From an uncultured delta proteobacterium (GTDB taxonomy: Bacteria; Myxococcota_A; Polyangia; Polyangiales; Polyangiaceae), in NCBI GenBank assembly GCA_963841435.1, contig CAWJCS010000006.1, positions 1,504,001 to 1,568,000 of the forward strand: a stretch of DNA of 64,000 nucleotides, in the 5' to 3' direction. Shown here in pieces: positions 33,434-42,993 of this stretch. The notes beneath the pieces were generated by a model that saw nothing but the letters and a program-made list of their open reading frames with translations, did not search any database and was not told the origin of the DNA. Numbering within the stretch: position 1 is the stretch's first letter; the number at the start of each line of letters is the position of its first letter. A program made the position numbers and the translations under genes.

Positions 33434-34471
33434 CTACGAGGCGTCGTAGGCGCACTCCGCGGCGGACCCCTCCGGGGGCTCGAGACCTACCGAGTCGTCG
33501 TAGTAGACCCGAGAAAAGTCGCTTCCCCAGCACTCGACGGCCGTGACGGGGTCGAAAGCGGCGGGGAGATCGCCGCCACCGATCGCGATGTCGGAACGCC
33601 CGGCGCCGGTGGCCCGCCGGCGGCTCTCGATGCTCACGTCCTCGAGCGCCGTGCCTTTTTTTGGGGCATCGATGCCGACGACACCCGTGATGCCGAGCGA
33701 GCCTGTGCGGTCCTCGTTCGCGCTCGATCGGATCTGCAGCCACTCGCCGCCGGCCGCCTCGGCCGTCGCGGTGATTCGCCGCGGCAGGGCGTCCGCGCGC
33801 TGCCCGATGTCCGCGGGCAGGTCGTGCTCGATGGTCAAGGTTCCGGAATCGTTCGAGTGGCGGCTGGGATCGAGCGCTTTGGCGTTGTCTAGGTTCAGCG
33901 TGAAACGGCCGTCGCCGTGGAGGTCGCTCGCGCGGCTGTAGCCGTCGCCATCCAGCACCGGCAGATAGTGCGCGGCGCCCCCGCCGGCCTTTGCCTGCCC
34001 CTCGAGCAGGTACCGGAAGTGATGCTCACCGATACGGGTGAGGGTCAGGCGATACCGGGCTGGGTCCAGGGCGTCACCCTCGAAGGGGCCATAGATCGCC
34101 TGATCTTGCCCGATTTCTGACGGCGCCGTGTGGACGACGGCCCAAACCGAGACGAGAACGACGGCTGTCACCACGTTCACGCCGTCACGCACGTCGCGCG
34201 TGAACGAGTACCACCGGGCGACCGTGCCCGACGTCGGGTCGGCGTCGAGCGTCCCGCGGCTCCCAGCGGCAGTGCTCATGTTTCCGCCGGTCGTCAACTC
34301 GGGGCCGTCCACGCTGACGCTGCTCGGGCCCGGAAGGGCCTCGACGAACTCGTTGGTCGTCTCCTCGGGGTCGGCTCCAACGGTGCAGCCGCCAAGGGCA
34401 GTCACCGTTGCCCCCCGCGCCCGAGACCATGAACGGCGGTTCTCAGCTCGGGCAGGGCCAGCCGTTCTCAC
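33434..34471 (-). CDS. Hypothetical acidic beta-rich lipoprotein (start uncertain)
   Basis: LGGC possible lipobox followed by about 315 aa of protein-like sequence; the 5' end is unclear. Confidence 0.55.
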   Translation of the reverse strand: MRTAGPARAENRRSWSRARGATVTALGGCTVGADPEETTNEFVEALPGPSSVSVDGPELTTGGNMSTAAGSRGTLDADPTSGTVARWYSFTRDVRDGVNVVTAVVLVSVWAVVHTAPSEIGQDQAIYGPFEGDALDPARYRLTLTRIGEHHFRYLLEGQAKAGGGAAHYLPVLDGDGYSRASDLHGDGRFTLNLDNAKALDPSRHSNDSGTLTIEHDLPADIGQRADALPRRITATAEAAGGEWLQIRSSANEDRTGSLGITGVVGIDAPKKGTALEDVSIESRRRATGAGRSDIAIGGGDLPAAFDPVTAVECWGSDFSRVYYDDSVGLEPPEGSAAECAYDAS

Positions 34472-34554
34472 CCGTTGCCAGCCGGCGACCCGGAGCTGCT
34501 AGGCTCAAAAGTGAGCCTGGACTGCGCCTTGGTCACGGTCCGAGCCCACTCCGC

Positions 34555-37500
34555 ATGCGACGACCGAACCCCGTCGAAGCCCTGGCGACGCTCGCGCAGC
34601 TCTCGGACGCGGGAGAACGGCGCGCGAGCTGGCGTCAGGCCATCACGGCGCTCGGACAGGGCGCGCTCGGCTACGGGCCGCCGCCGCTCGACGGCATCGG
34701 CCCGGAGGTGCTCGCGCGCGCCGCCCAGGTCGCGCTCGACAGCGGGCTCGTCGACGATCTCGCGTGGCTGGGCTCCGGCCCGGCCGCCGTCGCGCTCTAC
34801 GAGATCACCGCGGCGCTCCCCTCGGGCCGCGCCCGCCGGGAGCTCGGGCGCCGCGTCTTCGCGCGGGTGTACGAGGGCAACGCGGGAACGTTCGCCACCG
34901 TCGCCGCGCGCATGGCGCTCGGCTCGGGACGGACTTTCGACGCTGCGGCGGTGCGCGCGCGCATCGGGTTGGTGCTCGATATGCCGGTCGGCGCGGCGGT
35001 CAACCCCGATCCGCTCGCGCTCGCTCTCGTGATGGCGCGCGACCTGCGCGACAAATGGCTGCTCGCCCCCCGGACGGGCACGCTCCACGAGCGCCGTCTG
35101 GCGGCGAAGATCCTCGAGCACGCGGCCCGCGAGGCCGTTCGACGCTCTCAGCAAGGCGATCCACATCCCCTCACCATTCTGACGGCGGGCAATGTGCGCG
35201 AGGTCCATGAGCAGCTGCTCGCCGACCGCGAGCCGCTCGTGTGGCGCCACGCCGCGACCGCGCGCGGCCTGCTCGCCTCGATCGTCCCGGCCTATCAGGC
35301 CGCCGTCGAGACGGGGCTCGACGAGGGGCTGACTCCGACCGAGTGGCGTCGCGCGGCGGTCTCGCTCGTGGCCTCGATTCCGGCCGACCCGGAACAGACG
35401 CTGCGCGCGTGCCGCAAGGTGATCGAGGGCACGCTCGGCAAGCGGGATCCGGGGATTGCGGCCGCGATGGTGCTCGGTCTACCCCGGGTGATCGAAGCGG
35501 AGCCCGACGCAGCCGAGCAGCTGCTCGAGCGCCTCGCGGCGACGCGGAGACCCGACGTCGCCGAAGCGGTCGCGGCGCTGCTGGGCGATCTGTCGAGCTC
35601 CACGTTCGGACGCACGGCGGCGCAGCAGCTCAGGGTGACGCTCGCATCTCGCGCCGAGGGCTCGAGCTCGGTGCTGCGTGGCATCGCGGATCGCGCGCTT
35701 CGCATGCTCGACGGCGACGCTCTCGACGACGAGGACGACCTGCTCGGGGCGCTGCGCCGCGCCATGCTCGAGTTCGAGACGACCGGGGCGCGCGCGGCCC
35801 ACGACCTTGCGCAGCGCTCGGCCGCTCGCCTTCACCACGCGCTCGATTTCATCGAGAGCCACGACGCGCGCGACGAACAGGTGCTCCCGTACGTGCTCGG
35901 CGCGCTGAGCGACGTTGACGCGTGTGCCCTCGAGCGCCCTCGCCTCGCGCATCTCTTGCTGCTCGGCCGCCGGCCGGGCGACACCGATCAGAGCGTTCCA
36001 GAGCTCGATCGCTTCTACGAACGCCTCGGGCGCTGGCTCGTCGACACCGAGGAGGGCGCCGCGGCACAGGCGGGGTCCGCGGCGCTCGCCCTCGCCGAGC
36101 AGCGCCACCTCAAGGCGTTGCTTCACCTGGTCGACGTCGAATCGGCTCGCGGCGAGGAAGATTCGAGTGTTCGCGAGCGCGTGCGGCGTGCCGCCACAGT
36201 CCTGTTGCGGCGCGTCGCGCAGAGCTCGGGCACGGCGGTGCATCGCATCGCTTGTGCGACCCTCGCGCGCACGCTCGACGCCGCCGTGCGCGAAGGTGTC
36301 TGCGACGCGAGCGACCTCCTGCTCACGCTGATGGCCGCGCTCACCGACGCGGAGACGTTCCACACGCTGGGCGAAGCGTCGACGAAGCCGGAGGTTTCGG
36401 CCGGTGTCAGTGGCTATGCTCGTTTCGTGCGCGGAGCCGAGGCGCACGAAGGAGCCCCGGCGGCCGGCGATGGCTCGCTCTCGGCGGCGGAGTCAGTCGT
36501 GGAGCTGAGCCAAGGCGTGGGCGCGGCCGGCAGCTACCGCGCCGAAGCCGTGCGTCGCGTGGTGCTCAAGCTGGGGCGTTGCCTCGAAGCGACAGCGCGC
36601 GCGCGCGCGCAGGCCGAGCTCGTCGATGCGGCGGGCTCCGGCGTGCACGTGCTCGATGACCTCCAGGTCACGATCGCGGCGCTCAAGCGCCTGATTACCA
36701 GCGCGCAACGCCGCGTGATCGGGCTCGACCCGGACGAGATTGCCATAACGGCCGAGGTGCCGCCGCTCGCGGCGCTGCTCGAGCGCGCGGTGAGCTCGGG
36801 TGTTCCGCCGACGGCCGACCAGGTGAAGATGGCGGTCTCCGAGCTCGTCGCCGACCTACCCGATCCGATTGCCGCCGCCGTGCGGAAGGCGGTGGTCGGC
36901 ATCGAAGGTCTGCCCGTCCGCGTGACGAGCGATGTCTACGCCATTCCTCTCGAGCGCCGGCGCGAGAACCTGCCCGACTGGCTGCTGCCGAGCCGGACGA
37001 TCGGCGCGTTCTACGTCGTTCGGGCGCTCGGCAGCGGTGGTGCGTCGTCCGTGTTCGTGTGCCGCCGCCAAGAAGAGCGCGCGCACCCCGACGCCGAGGG
37101 CTTCGCCCTCAAGGTGCCCGACTACGACCCCACCACGGCGCGCAGCCTGTCGGAACAAGAGTTCTTCCAGCTGTTCCGCGAGGAAGCGGGAGCGCTCCTC
37201 TCGCTACCCCAGCATCCGAATCTGGCCCGCTTCGTCACGTTCGACCTGAGCGCGCGTCCAAAGCCGATCCTCGTGATGGAGCTCATCCGCGGGCTTTCGC
37301 TCGATCGCCTGATCCGCAGCCGCTCGCTCACGGTGGAGCAGGCCTTCGCCTATCTGGACGGCATTCTCGCGGGCCTCGAGGCAATGCACGGCGCTGGCGT
37401 CGGGCACCTCGATCTCAAACCCTCGAACGTGATCTTGCGCGACGGCGAGACCCCCGTGCTCGTGGACTTCGGCCTGAGCGGCCGGCAGCTCAGACCGGGC

Positions 37501-37890
37501 TGCGGGACGCTGGAGTTTTGCGCCCCCGAGATCCTCGGCGTGGTGCCACAAGGGCTGCAGCCGACGCCCCAGCCAGCCGACATCTACGCGTTCGGCTGCC
37601 TGACCTACGAAATGCTTGTCGCCGAGACCCTGTTCAACGCCGAGGGCGAGATGGCGGTGCTGACGCTCCACGTGCAGCACGACGGCTGGCCCGAGCGCGT
37701 CGCGCGCCTCGGCCGCGACGCTGCGCTCGCCGATCTCGGCAAATTCCTGGCTTCGTGTCTCAGGCGGGATCCCCGGGCGCGCCCGACGGCGACCCAGGCA
37801 CGTGGCGCCCTTCAAAAGCTTCTCCAAAGGTATCGTTCGTTTTCATGGCCCCTGCCGCTACCCGCCCAGCCCTCGGAACGCGCTGGCTGA
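34555..37890 (+). CDS. Large cytoplasmic Ser/Thr kinase: helical N-terminal region plus C-terminal kinase
   Basis: GSGGAS, ALK, HPNL, HLDLKPSN, DFG and APE in the last ~300 aa; about 800 aa Ala/Leu/Arg-rich helical region before. Confidence 0.85.
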   Translation: MRRPNPVEALATLAQLSDAGERRASWRQAITALGQGALGYGPPPLDGIGPEVLARAAQVALDSGLVDDLAWLGSGPAAVALYEITAALPSGRARRELGRRVFARVYEGNAGTFATVAARMALGSGRTFDAAAVRARIGLVLDMPVGAAVNPDPLALALVMARDLRDKWLLAPRTGTLHERRLAAKILEHAAREAVRRSQQGDPHPLTILTAGNVREVHEQLLADREPLVWRHAATARGLLASIVPAYQAAVETGLDEGLTPTEWRRAAVSLVASIPADPEQTLRACRKVIEGTLGKRDPGIAAAMVLGLPRVIEAEPDAAEQLLERLAATRRPDVAEAVAALLGDLSSSTFGRTAAQQLRVTLASRAEGSSSVLRGIADRALRMLDGDALDDEDDLLGALRRAMLEFETTGARAAHDLAQRSAARLHHALDFIESHDARDEQVLPYVLGALSDVDACALERPRLAHLLLLGRRPGDTDQSVPELDRFYERLGRWLVDTEEGAAAQAGSAALALAEQRHLKALLHLVDVESARGEEDSSVRERVRRAATVLLRRVAQSSGTAVHRIACATLARTLDAAVREGVCDASDLLLTLMAALTDAETFHTLGEASTKPEVSAGVSGYARFVRGAEAHEGAPAAGDGSLSAAESVVELSQGVGAAGSYRAEAVRRVVLKLGRCLEATARARAQAELVDAAGSGVHVLDDLQVTIAALKRLITSAQRRVIGLDPDEIAITAEVPPLAALLERAVSSGVPPTADQVKMAVSELVADLPDPIAAAVRKAVVGIEGLPVRVTSDVYAIPLERRRENLPDWLLPSRTIGAFYVVRALGSGGASSVFVCRRQEERAHPDAEGFALKVPDYDPTTARSLSEQEFFQLFREEAGALLSLPQHPNLARFVTFDLSARPKPILVMELIRGLSLDRLIRSRSLTVEQAFAYLDGILAGLEAMHGAGVGHLDLKPSNVILRDGETPVLVDFGLSGRQLRPGCGTLEFCAPEILGVVPQGLQPTPQPADIYAFGCLTYEMLVAETLFNAEGEMAVLTLHVQHDGWPERVARLGRDAALADLGKFLASCLRRDPRARPTATQARGALQKLLQRYRSFSWPLPLPAQPSERAG

Positions 37891-38432
37891 CGCTCGTCGT
37901 CGCGCTCGGCGCTTGCCGGAGCGATCCTCCTTTCGACAGCCTCACGCTCGTGCTGCCGGAGCGCGGCGCCCGACCCGTCACGCTCGACGTGCGGTCCGCC
38001 TTTGCCGAATACGTCGATCTGCCGGAGCTGCGTCACGAGCTGAGGCTCACGTTCGCGAGCTACCCGCTCTCGTGTGACAGGTTCGTCCCACCCGCGGGCT
38101 CCGACCTCGCGCTCATGCTCACGATCGCGCTGCCGCCCGACGCTCCTCCAAAGCCCGGCACCATCCCCGCTCTGGCTCCGACCGCCCCCGCTGCCGACGA
38201 CGCCGACGCCGGTACGCCCGCGACGACCCGTCCGAGCATTCTCGCCGTCGTGCGCCGTGAGGGCAGAAGCTTCGTCTTGCCACCGGGCGGCGCGCTCTCG
38301 CTCATCGAGGTGGATACGTCGCCGCGGGGACACGTGCGCGGTCACCTCTCCCTCGAGTTCGCCGGCGATGCCGATCGCGCCGCCTCGACGGTGAGCGGCA
38401 AGTTCAGTGCGGCCATGTGCGAGCCGCACTGA
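37845..38432 (+). CDS. Hypothetical lipoprotein
   Basis: LVVALGAC lipobox; C-terminal G.VRG.L.L.F..VSG.F.A..C beta motif. Confidence 0.55.
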   Translation: MAPAATRPALGTRWLTLVVALGACRSDPPFDSLTLVLPERGARPVTLDVRSAFAEYVDLPELRHELRLTFASYPLSCDRFVPPAGSDLALMLTIALPPDAPPKPGTIPALAPTAPAADDADAGTPATTRPSILAVVRREGRSFVLPPGGALSLIEVDTSPRGHVRGHLSLEFAGDADRAASTVSGKFSAAMCEPH

Positions 38433-38449
38433 CTGGGGGGCCGCCTCGC

Positions 38450-40036
38450 TCACGCGTGGATGAAGACGACGGTGCCAGTGAGTGCCTTGCGCACGCCGTG
38501 CCATCCCTTCGGGAGTGCGGGCTCGGTGAAGAAGAACAGCCGGCGAGCGTCTTCCGGCGCGAGGTTGATGCAGCCGTGGCTCTTGGGAGTCCCGAAGCGA
38601 TCGTGCCAGTAGGCGCCGTGCAGTGCATACCCGTCCTCGAAGTACTGCACGTAGGGCACGTCGCGGAGCTCGAACTCCTCGCCCACCTCGTCGGAGCTCA
38701 TCGTGGCCGACAGGTGCTTGGTGTGGATGCGGAAGATGCCGCGCTTGGTGGCCGTCGTCTTCTCGTGATCGTCGAGCCCGGCTTCTCCCGTCGACACGAG
38801 TGTCGCGAAGACGGGGCGCTCGCCGTCGTAGGCGACCAGTGTCTGCTTGGTCACGTTGACGTCGAGCCAGCGTTCGCCAGCCTTGCCCCAGCCCGGCATG
38901 CGCTTCGCTTCGTCGATGCGCGACGCGACGAGGTCGCTGAGCCAGAGACCCGATTCGGTCTGCTCGTGGAGGCGGCCCCGGAAGAACTGGCGCTTGCCGG
39001 TGAGCGGCAACGCCGCGCGGAAAGCCGCAATGCCGCCGTCTTCGAGCTTGTTGGTCTTTTCATCCCAGCGCACGAAATGAGCACCTTCGCGGCGTATGAA
39101 GGCGAACGGGAGCTTCACGTCGCGGCCGATCTCGACGCCGTGGAAGTCCGAGCCACGGATGGGCCGCAGGCGGTCCGTCGGCAGCACGCTGAGGTCCGTG
39201 GCAAGGCCGTAGCGGCGCCCCTGGTAGAGAAATGTCGCGAGGAAGGAGTAACCGACCTTGGGGCGCATCGGTTCGAGGAGCAGGTCCGAGCGCGCGCTCT
39301 CGCCGTCGTCGATGAGGCCCGGGAAGCCACCCTTCTCGAGCAGCGCCGGCACCGGGTCGCTCGAGCGCTCGGCCCAAGCGCGCGCGGGATCCGGCGCCGG
39401 CGACCCACCGAGCCACACTTCCTGCGCGTAGGCGGCGCCGATCTCGCCGCCCGCCGAGAGCCACTCGGGAAAGCGCTCGGCGAGATCGGGCTCGGCCTTG
39501 GCGAGCTCCTCCTGTGTCGGCAGCCGGGCGAAGATCGGCCCCGGGTTTCGCACGGTGCCGTAGACGTACGGAAGCTTGCGCTCGACGTTGGGCGGGTACG
39601 CGCTGCTCAGAACGACGACGGGGTCGTTCGCATCGAGCGTGGCCCCGCCGCCCACGCAAACGAACCCCTCGGGCACGACCGGGTACCAGCCGCCCGAGCA
39701 GCCGTCCGTACCCGCGACGGGACCGGTGGGCGACGAGGCGCCGGCCCGCAGGTAGCCGAGCCGCTCGCCGCCGCGCGACGGCTTGTCGTAGATCCACGCG
39801 CGGAGCGAGCTCGCATAGACTCGCGGGCCAGGGCGGGCGTCGGGCGGCGCGGCGGGCTTTGCCTGTCCCCCGAGCGTCACCCGGTCGCGCTCGGTCGGCT
39901 CCACGTGCGCGACCGGGCTAGCGGAGGCACGGGGACCCAGGGCGAGCGAGGCGACCGCGCCGTCGTCCCTGCTCCGGTTACAGGAAAGCACAGCAACGAT
40001 CAGCGCCCCGCAGGCTATTTCAGCGGTGCGGTGCAT
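38450..40036 (-). CDS. L,D-transpeptidase lipoprotein (YkuD family)
   Basis: VLSC lipobox; VSTG, TKRG.FRI..K, HGAYWH..FGTPKSHGCIN. Confidence 0.9.
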   Translation of the reverse strand: MHRTAEIACGALIVAVLSCNRSRDDGAVASLALGPRASASPVAHVEPTERDRVTLGGQAKPAAPPDARPGPRVYASSLRAWIYDKPSRGGERLGYLRAGASSPTGPVAGTDGCSGGWYPVVPEGFVCVGGGATLDANDPVVVLSSAYPPNVERKLPYVYGTVRNPGPIFARLPTQEELAKAEPDLAERFPEWLSAGGEIGAAYAQEVWLGGSPAPDPARAWAERSSDPVPALLEKGGFPGLIDDGESARSDLLLEPMRPKVGYSFLATFLYQGRRYGLATDLSVLPTDRLRPIRGSDFHGVEIGRDVKLPFAFIRREGAHFVRWDEKTNKLEDGGIAAFRAALPLTGKRQFFRGRLHEQTESGLWLSDLVASRIDEAKRMPGWGKAGERWLDVNVTKQTLVAYDGERPVFATLVSTGEAGLDDHEKTTATKRGIFRIHTKHLSATMSSDEVGEEFELRDVPYVQYFEDGYALHGAYWHDRFGTPKSHGCINLAPEDARRLFFFTEPALPKGWHGVRKALTGTVVFIHA

Positions 40037-40143
40037 GCTCTCCCTTATGTTTTTTGTGTGGGCACGTGGGCAAGAAAGCGACCCGGCCAAGAAGTGGTAG
40101 GTTCGGGGCGAGTGCCGCCGGATGAGGGCGGGCAGGACCGGCC

Positions 40144-41079
40144 ATGTTGACGCTCGAGCAAGGGCCCCACGCCGCAGAGGTCGTCGAAAGCCGTCGCAAG
40201 CAACCAGTGTTGCTGGTGAGCCCGGTCGTGGTCGCGCTCGGCGTGATCCCGCTCGTCAGCGAGGGTAGCGTGACGCCGCTCCGCGCGCTCACGGCGCTCG
40301 TGCTGATCGGAACCGGCATTCTTTGCGTGCGGCTCGGCTGGCCTCGCGCGATCCGCCGGCCGCTGCCGAACGTCGGGCGGCCCGTCGAGCTGATGCTCAC
40401 GTCCTCCGAGGAGGAAGACGCCTACCAGGCGCAGCTCGTCGGCGACGATGGCCGTCGAGAGCTCGTGCTGGCCCGCGACGAGCCGGCGGGCATTTTAGCC
40501 GACGCATTGCGTCTGGCGCTTTTCCTCCAGGTTCCGCTCACCCCCGCGTGGGGCCTCACGGCGGCGGAGCTGAGGGTGTTCGATGCCACGGAGCGCGCAG
40601 GCTCGGCCGCCGGCCGGGTGAGCGGCATGCACCGCCCCCTGCTCGAGCAGCGCGTCGGGATGCTCGCCTCGTTCTGGGCATCGCTCTTCGTCGTCGGTGG
40701 CAGCGCGGTCATGGCGCTCTCGCCTGACCGTCCGCCTGCGGCTCCGGCCGCCCTCTCGCTCGTGCTGCCGGCGCTGACGGCGCTCGTGCCGCTTGCCGTC
40801 GGTGTCTGGCTCGTCGGCCTGAAGGAAGAGCTCGTCATCGACGCCGCTCGCGTCGAGCGCCAGCGCTCCTGGTTCGGCCACCCGCTGGGCGGTCGTGGCG
40901 TCGATCGGGTCAGAGTGCTCGGCTCGTTCCCGGTCTCGGCCGGTGCCGGCGGGCCGTTCCACGTGCTCGTTGCGACCGAACGCGGGCCACTTGCCGTCGT
41001 GACCGACTCACAGGCCGGCGCATCTTTCCTGCTGCATCCGGCTAAAAGCGACAAAGCCCCTGGAAGGGCAGCCGAGTAA
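40144..41079 (+). CDS. Hypothetical membrane protein
   Basis: Two pairs of TM segments each followed by a soluble region. Confidence 0.5.
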   Translation: MLTLEQGPHAAEVVESRRKQPVLLVSPVVVALGVIPLVSEGSVTPLRALTALVLIGTGILCVRLGWPRAIRRPLPNVGRPVELMLTSSEEEDAYQAQLVGDDGRRELVLARDEPAGILADALRLALFLQVPLTPAWGLTAAELRVFDATERAGSAAGRVSGMHRPLLEQRVGMLASFWASLFVVGGSAVMALSPDRPPAAPAALSLVLPALTALVPLAVGVWLVGLKEELVIDAARVERQRSWFGHPLGGRGVDRVRVLGSFPVSAGAGGPFHVLVATERGPLAVVTDSQAGASFLLHPAKSDKAPGRAAE

Positions 41080-41097
41080 AGGGGGTACCATACCGGC

Positions 41098-41706
41098 ATG
41101 AAACAAGAGCTCCTGCTCCTCTCACTGGGCTTCGCCTGCGCGCTCGGCGAGGCCACCGCTCTCGCCCAGGCTCCCTCGGCACGCGCCGCCAAGCCGACCT
41201 TCACGTCACGTCTGATGCCGCCAGCCGGGTCGGCATCCGGCAAGAAGGGCGAGCGCATGGCACCCGAGGGCTCCGCCCGCGCTCACGGCGGCAAGCCGGA
41301 CATGCTCCACCCCATGGGTCCCGGGAACGATCGCACCAAAGCTCGGACGGCGGAGCTCATGGCGACCAATCGAGCTCGCCGCGCGGCCCGCGCCGCCATG
41401 CTCCATCAGCGCTTCGGGGCCCGGGCGCTCTCCGATCAGAGCCTGGTCGCGGAGCTGAAGTTGCACGCTCGCCGCATGGCCTACCTCAATCGGGCCCGCC
41501 TCGTCGCGGAGAACGAGATCGAAGAGCCGAAGCGCAGCAAGGTGCTCGCCCGCATCCAGAAGCTCGTCGACAAGGAAGGCGCGCGCCACGAGCGGCGGGT
41601 TGCCAAGTTCACGAACCCGATGCCGGCTCCCAGCGGCTCCGCTGCAGAAAAGACGAACGACATGCCTGCGCCGTCGGCGGCGGCGTCGGCGGGAGGTGGA
41701 AAGTGA
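41098..41706 (+). CDS. Hypothetical secreted helical basic protein
   Basis: Signal peptide ending ALA-Q; Arg/Lys-rich helices. Confidence 0.55.
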   Translation: MKQELLLLSLGFACALGEATALAQAPSARAAKPTFTSRLMPPAGSASGKKGERMAPEGSARAHGGKPDMLHPMGPGNDRTKARTAELMATNRARRAARAAMLHQRFGARALSDQSLVAELKLHARRMAYLNRARLVAENEIEEPKRSKVLARIQKLVDKEGARHERRVAKFTNPMPAPSGSAAEKTNDMPAPSAAASAGGGK

Positions 41707-41984
41707 TGGCCCGCTTCGCGACGACGACGATTGCCGTGCTGCTCCTCTGCGCCGCGTGCGCGAAGAAGGAAGCGCCACCCGCCGAGACCGAGCCGGCTGC
41801 TCCGGCCATGAGCCCCGCGCCGCCGCCCGAGCCGGCACCCATGGCGAGCGCTTCGGCCGAGGCAGCCGAGGCGAGCGATATCCCGACCGAAGAGCAATTC
41901 GAGGAAGAGGCGGGTCAGAAGATCACGAAGGTGACGCTCGACGCGGAGCTCGACGCCCTCGAAAAAGAGATGAAGGCCGAGTAG
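41706..41984 (+). CDS. Small acidic lipoprotein
   Basis: CAAC lipobox, Pro/Ala linker, DIPTEEQFEEEA..KIT..LDALEKE. Confidence 0.6.
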   Translation: MARFATTTIAVLLLCAACAKKEAPPAETEPAAPAMSPAPPPEPAPMASASAEAAEASDIPTEEQFEEEAGQKITKVTLDAELDALEKEMKAE

Positions 41985-41991
41985 CGAGGCC

Positions 41992-42993
41992 TTACTTCAG
42001 CACGCTCGCCAGGTCCTGATCGACCTGCTCGGCTACGCTCGAGAGCACCTTGACGTACCAGCGTCCGTACTCGGTGCGGATGAGGTAGTCGCTCCCCTTT
42101 TCGCCGGGGACCTCGAAGAGCTCGAGGTAGCCGAGCACCTTTTTCCCGCCGAAGTACTCGATACGCACGACCTCGCTCTCGGGCGGCGGCGGCGGCTTCT
42201 CCACGTATTCCATCACGCGCAGACGCCCGACCTTCGCCATCCAGTTGCCGACCGTCTCGTCGAGCTTCGCGGGCGAGGCCGCGTCAGCCCACGCCCCCTT
42301 TTTGTCGGGTATGGCGACGATCTCGCGCTTCTTGCCGTGCGCCGCGAGCTCGATCCGCGTCACGTCGCCGTCTTCGAAAGCGTGCAGGTCCCGCTCGATG
42401 AGCCGCGTCTCGGCGCCGAGCATGCTCTGCACGACGTCCGAAGAGAGCGCGAAGAGGCGCCCGCTCTGGACCTCGCGAGCGTAGCGCTCCTGTCCGCCTG
42501 GCGTCGTGCCGCCAATCGCGAGCGAGTGCTCCGTGCTGCCGAGCTTCACGCCGAGCGTCCCCTCCGGCTTGTCGAAGCCGAATTCCTCGGCCTGCTTCGG
42601 ATCGTACTTCCCGAGGTCGCGCACCGCCGTGAGCGGGGCGAGCTTGTCGGCCATTTCGCCGGCGGCCTTGACCCCGATGAAGCGCGCCGTCGTGTGCTTG
42701 GTCTTCTCGGGCGCGCTCGCGTCGGGCATGCCGTGGGGGGAACGGGGCGCTTCGTCCTTGTCGACCGTCACCACGAAATAGCGCCCGCCACCGTCCTTCT
42801 TCGCATCGAGCACGACTTTGCGGTTCGGCGCCTCGAAGCGAATGCGCTCGATCGACGCCGGCCGCCCGTCCCAGACGACGACGTGGTCGTCGCCGCCCGA
42901 TGGCTCGGCGGCTTCCTCGCCCCTCAGCCACACGCTCGCGGCAAGAAGCGCGGCCAGGCAGAGCGCTGCGAGGTGAAACACGAGCCCCTTCAC
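41992..42993 (-). CDS. DUF4340-like protein of the Gld-type ABC operon
   Basis: N-terminal TM, EFGFDKP..IG..TP..RYA motif; last gene of the operon. Confidence 0.65.
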   Translation of the reverse strand: MKGLVFHLAALCLAALLAASVWLRGEEAAEPSGGDDHVVVWDGRPASIERIRFEAPNRKVVLDAKKDGGGRYFVVTVDKDEAPRSPHGMPDASAPEKTKHTTARFIGVKAAGEMADKLAPLTAVRDLGKYDPKQAEEFGFDKPEGTLGVKLGSTEHSLAIGGTTPGGQERYAREVQSGRLFALSSDVVQSMLGAETRLIERDLHAFEDGDVTRIELAAHGKKREIVAIPDKKGAWADAASPAKLDETVGNWMAKVGRLRVMEYVEKPPPPPESEVVRIEYFGGKKVLGYLELFEVPGEKGSDYLIRTEYGRWYVKVLSSVAEQVDQDLASVLK

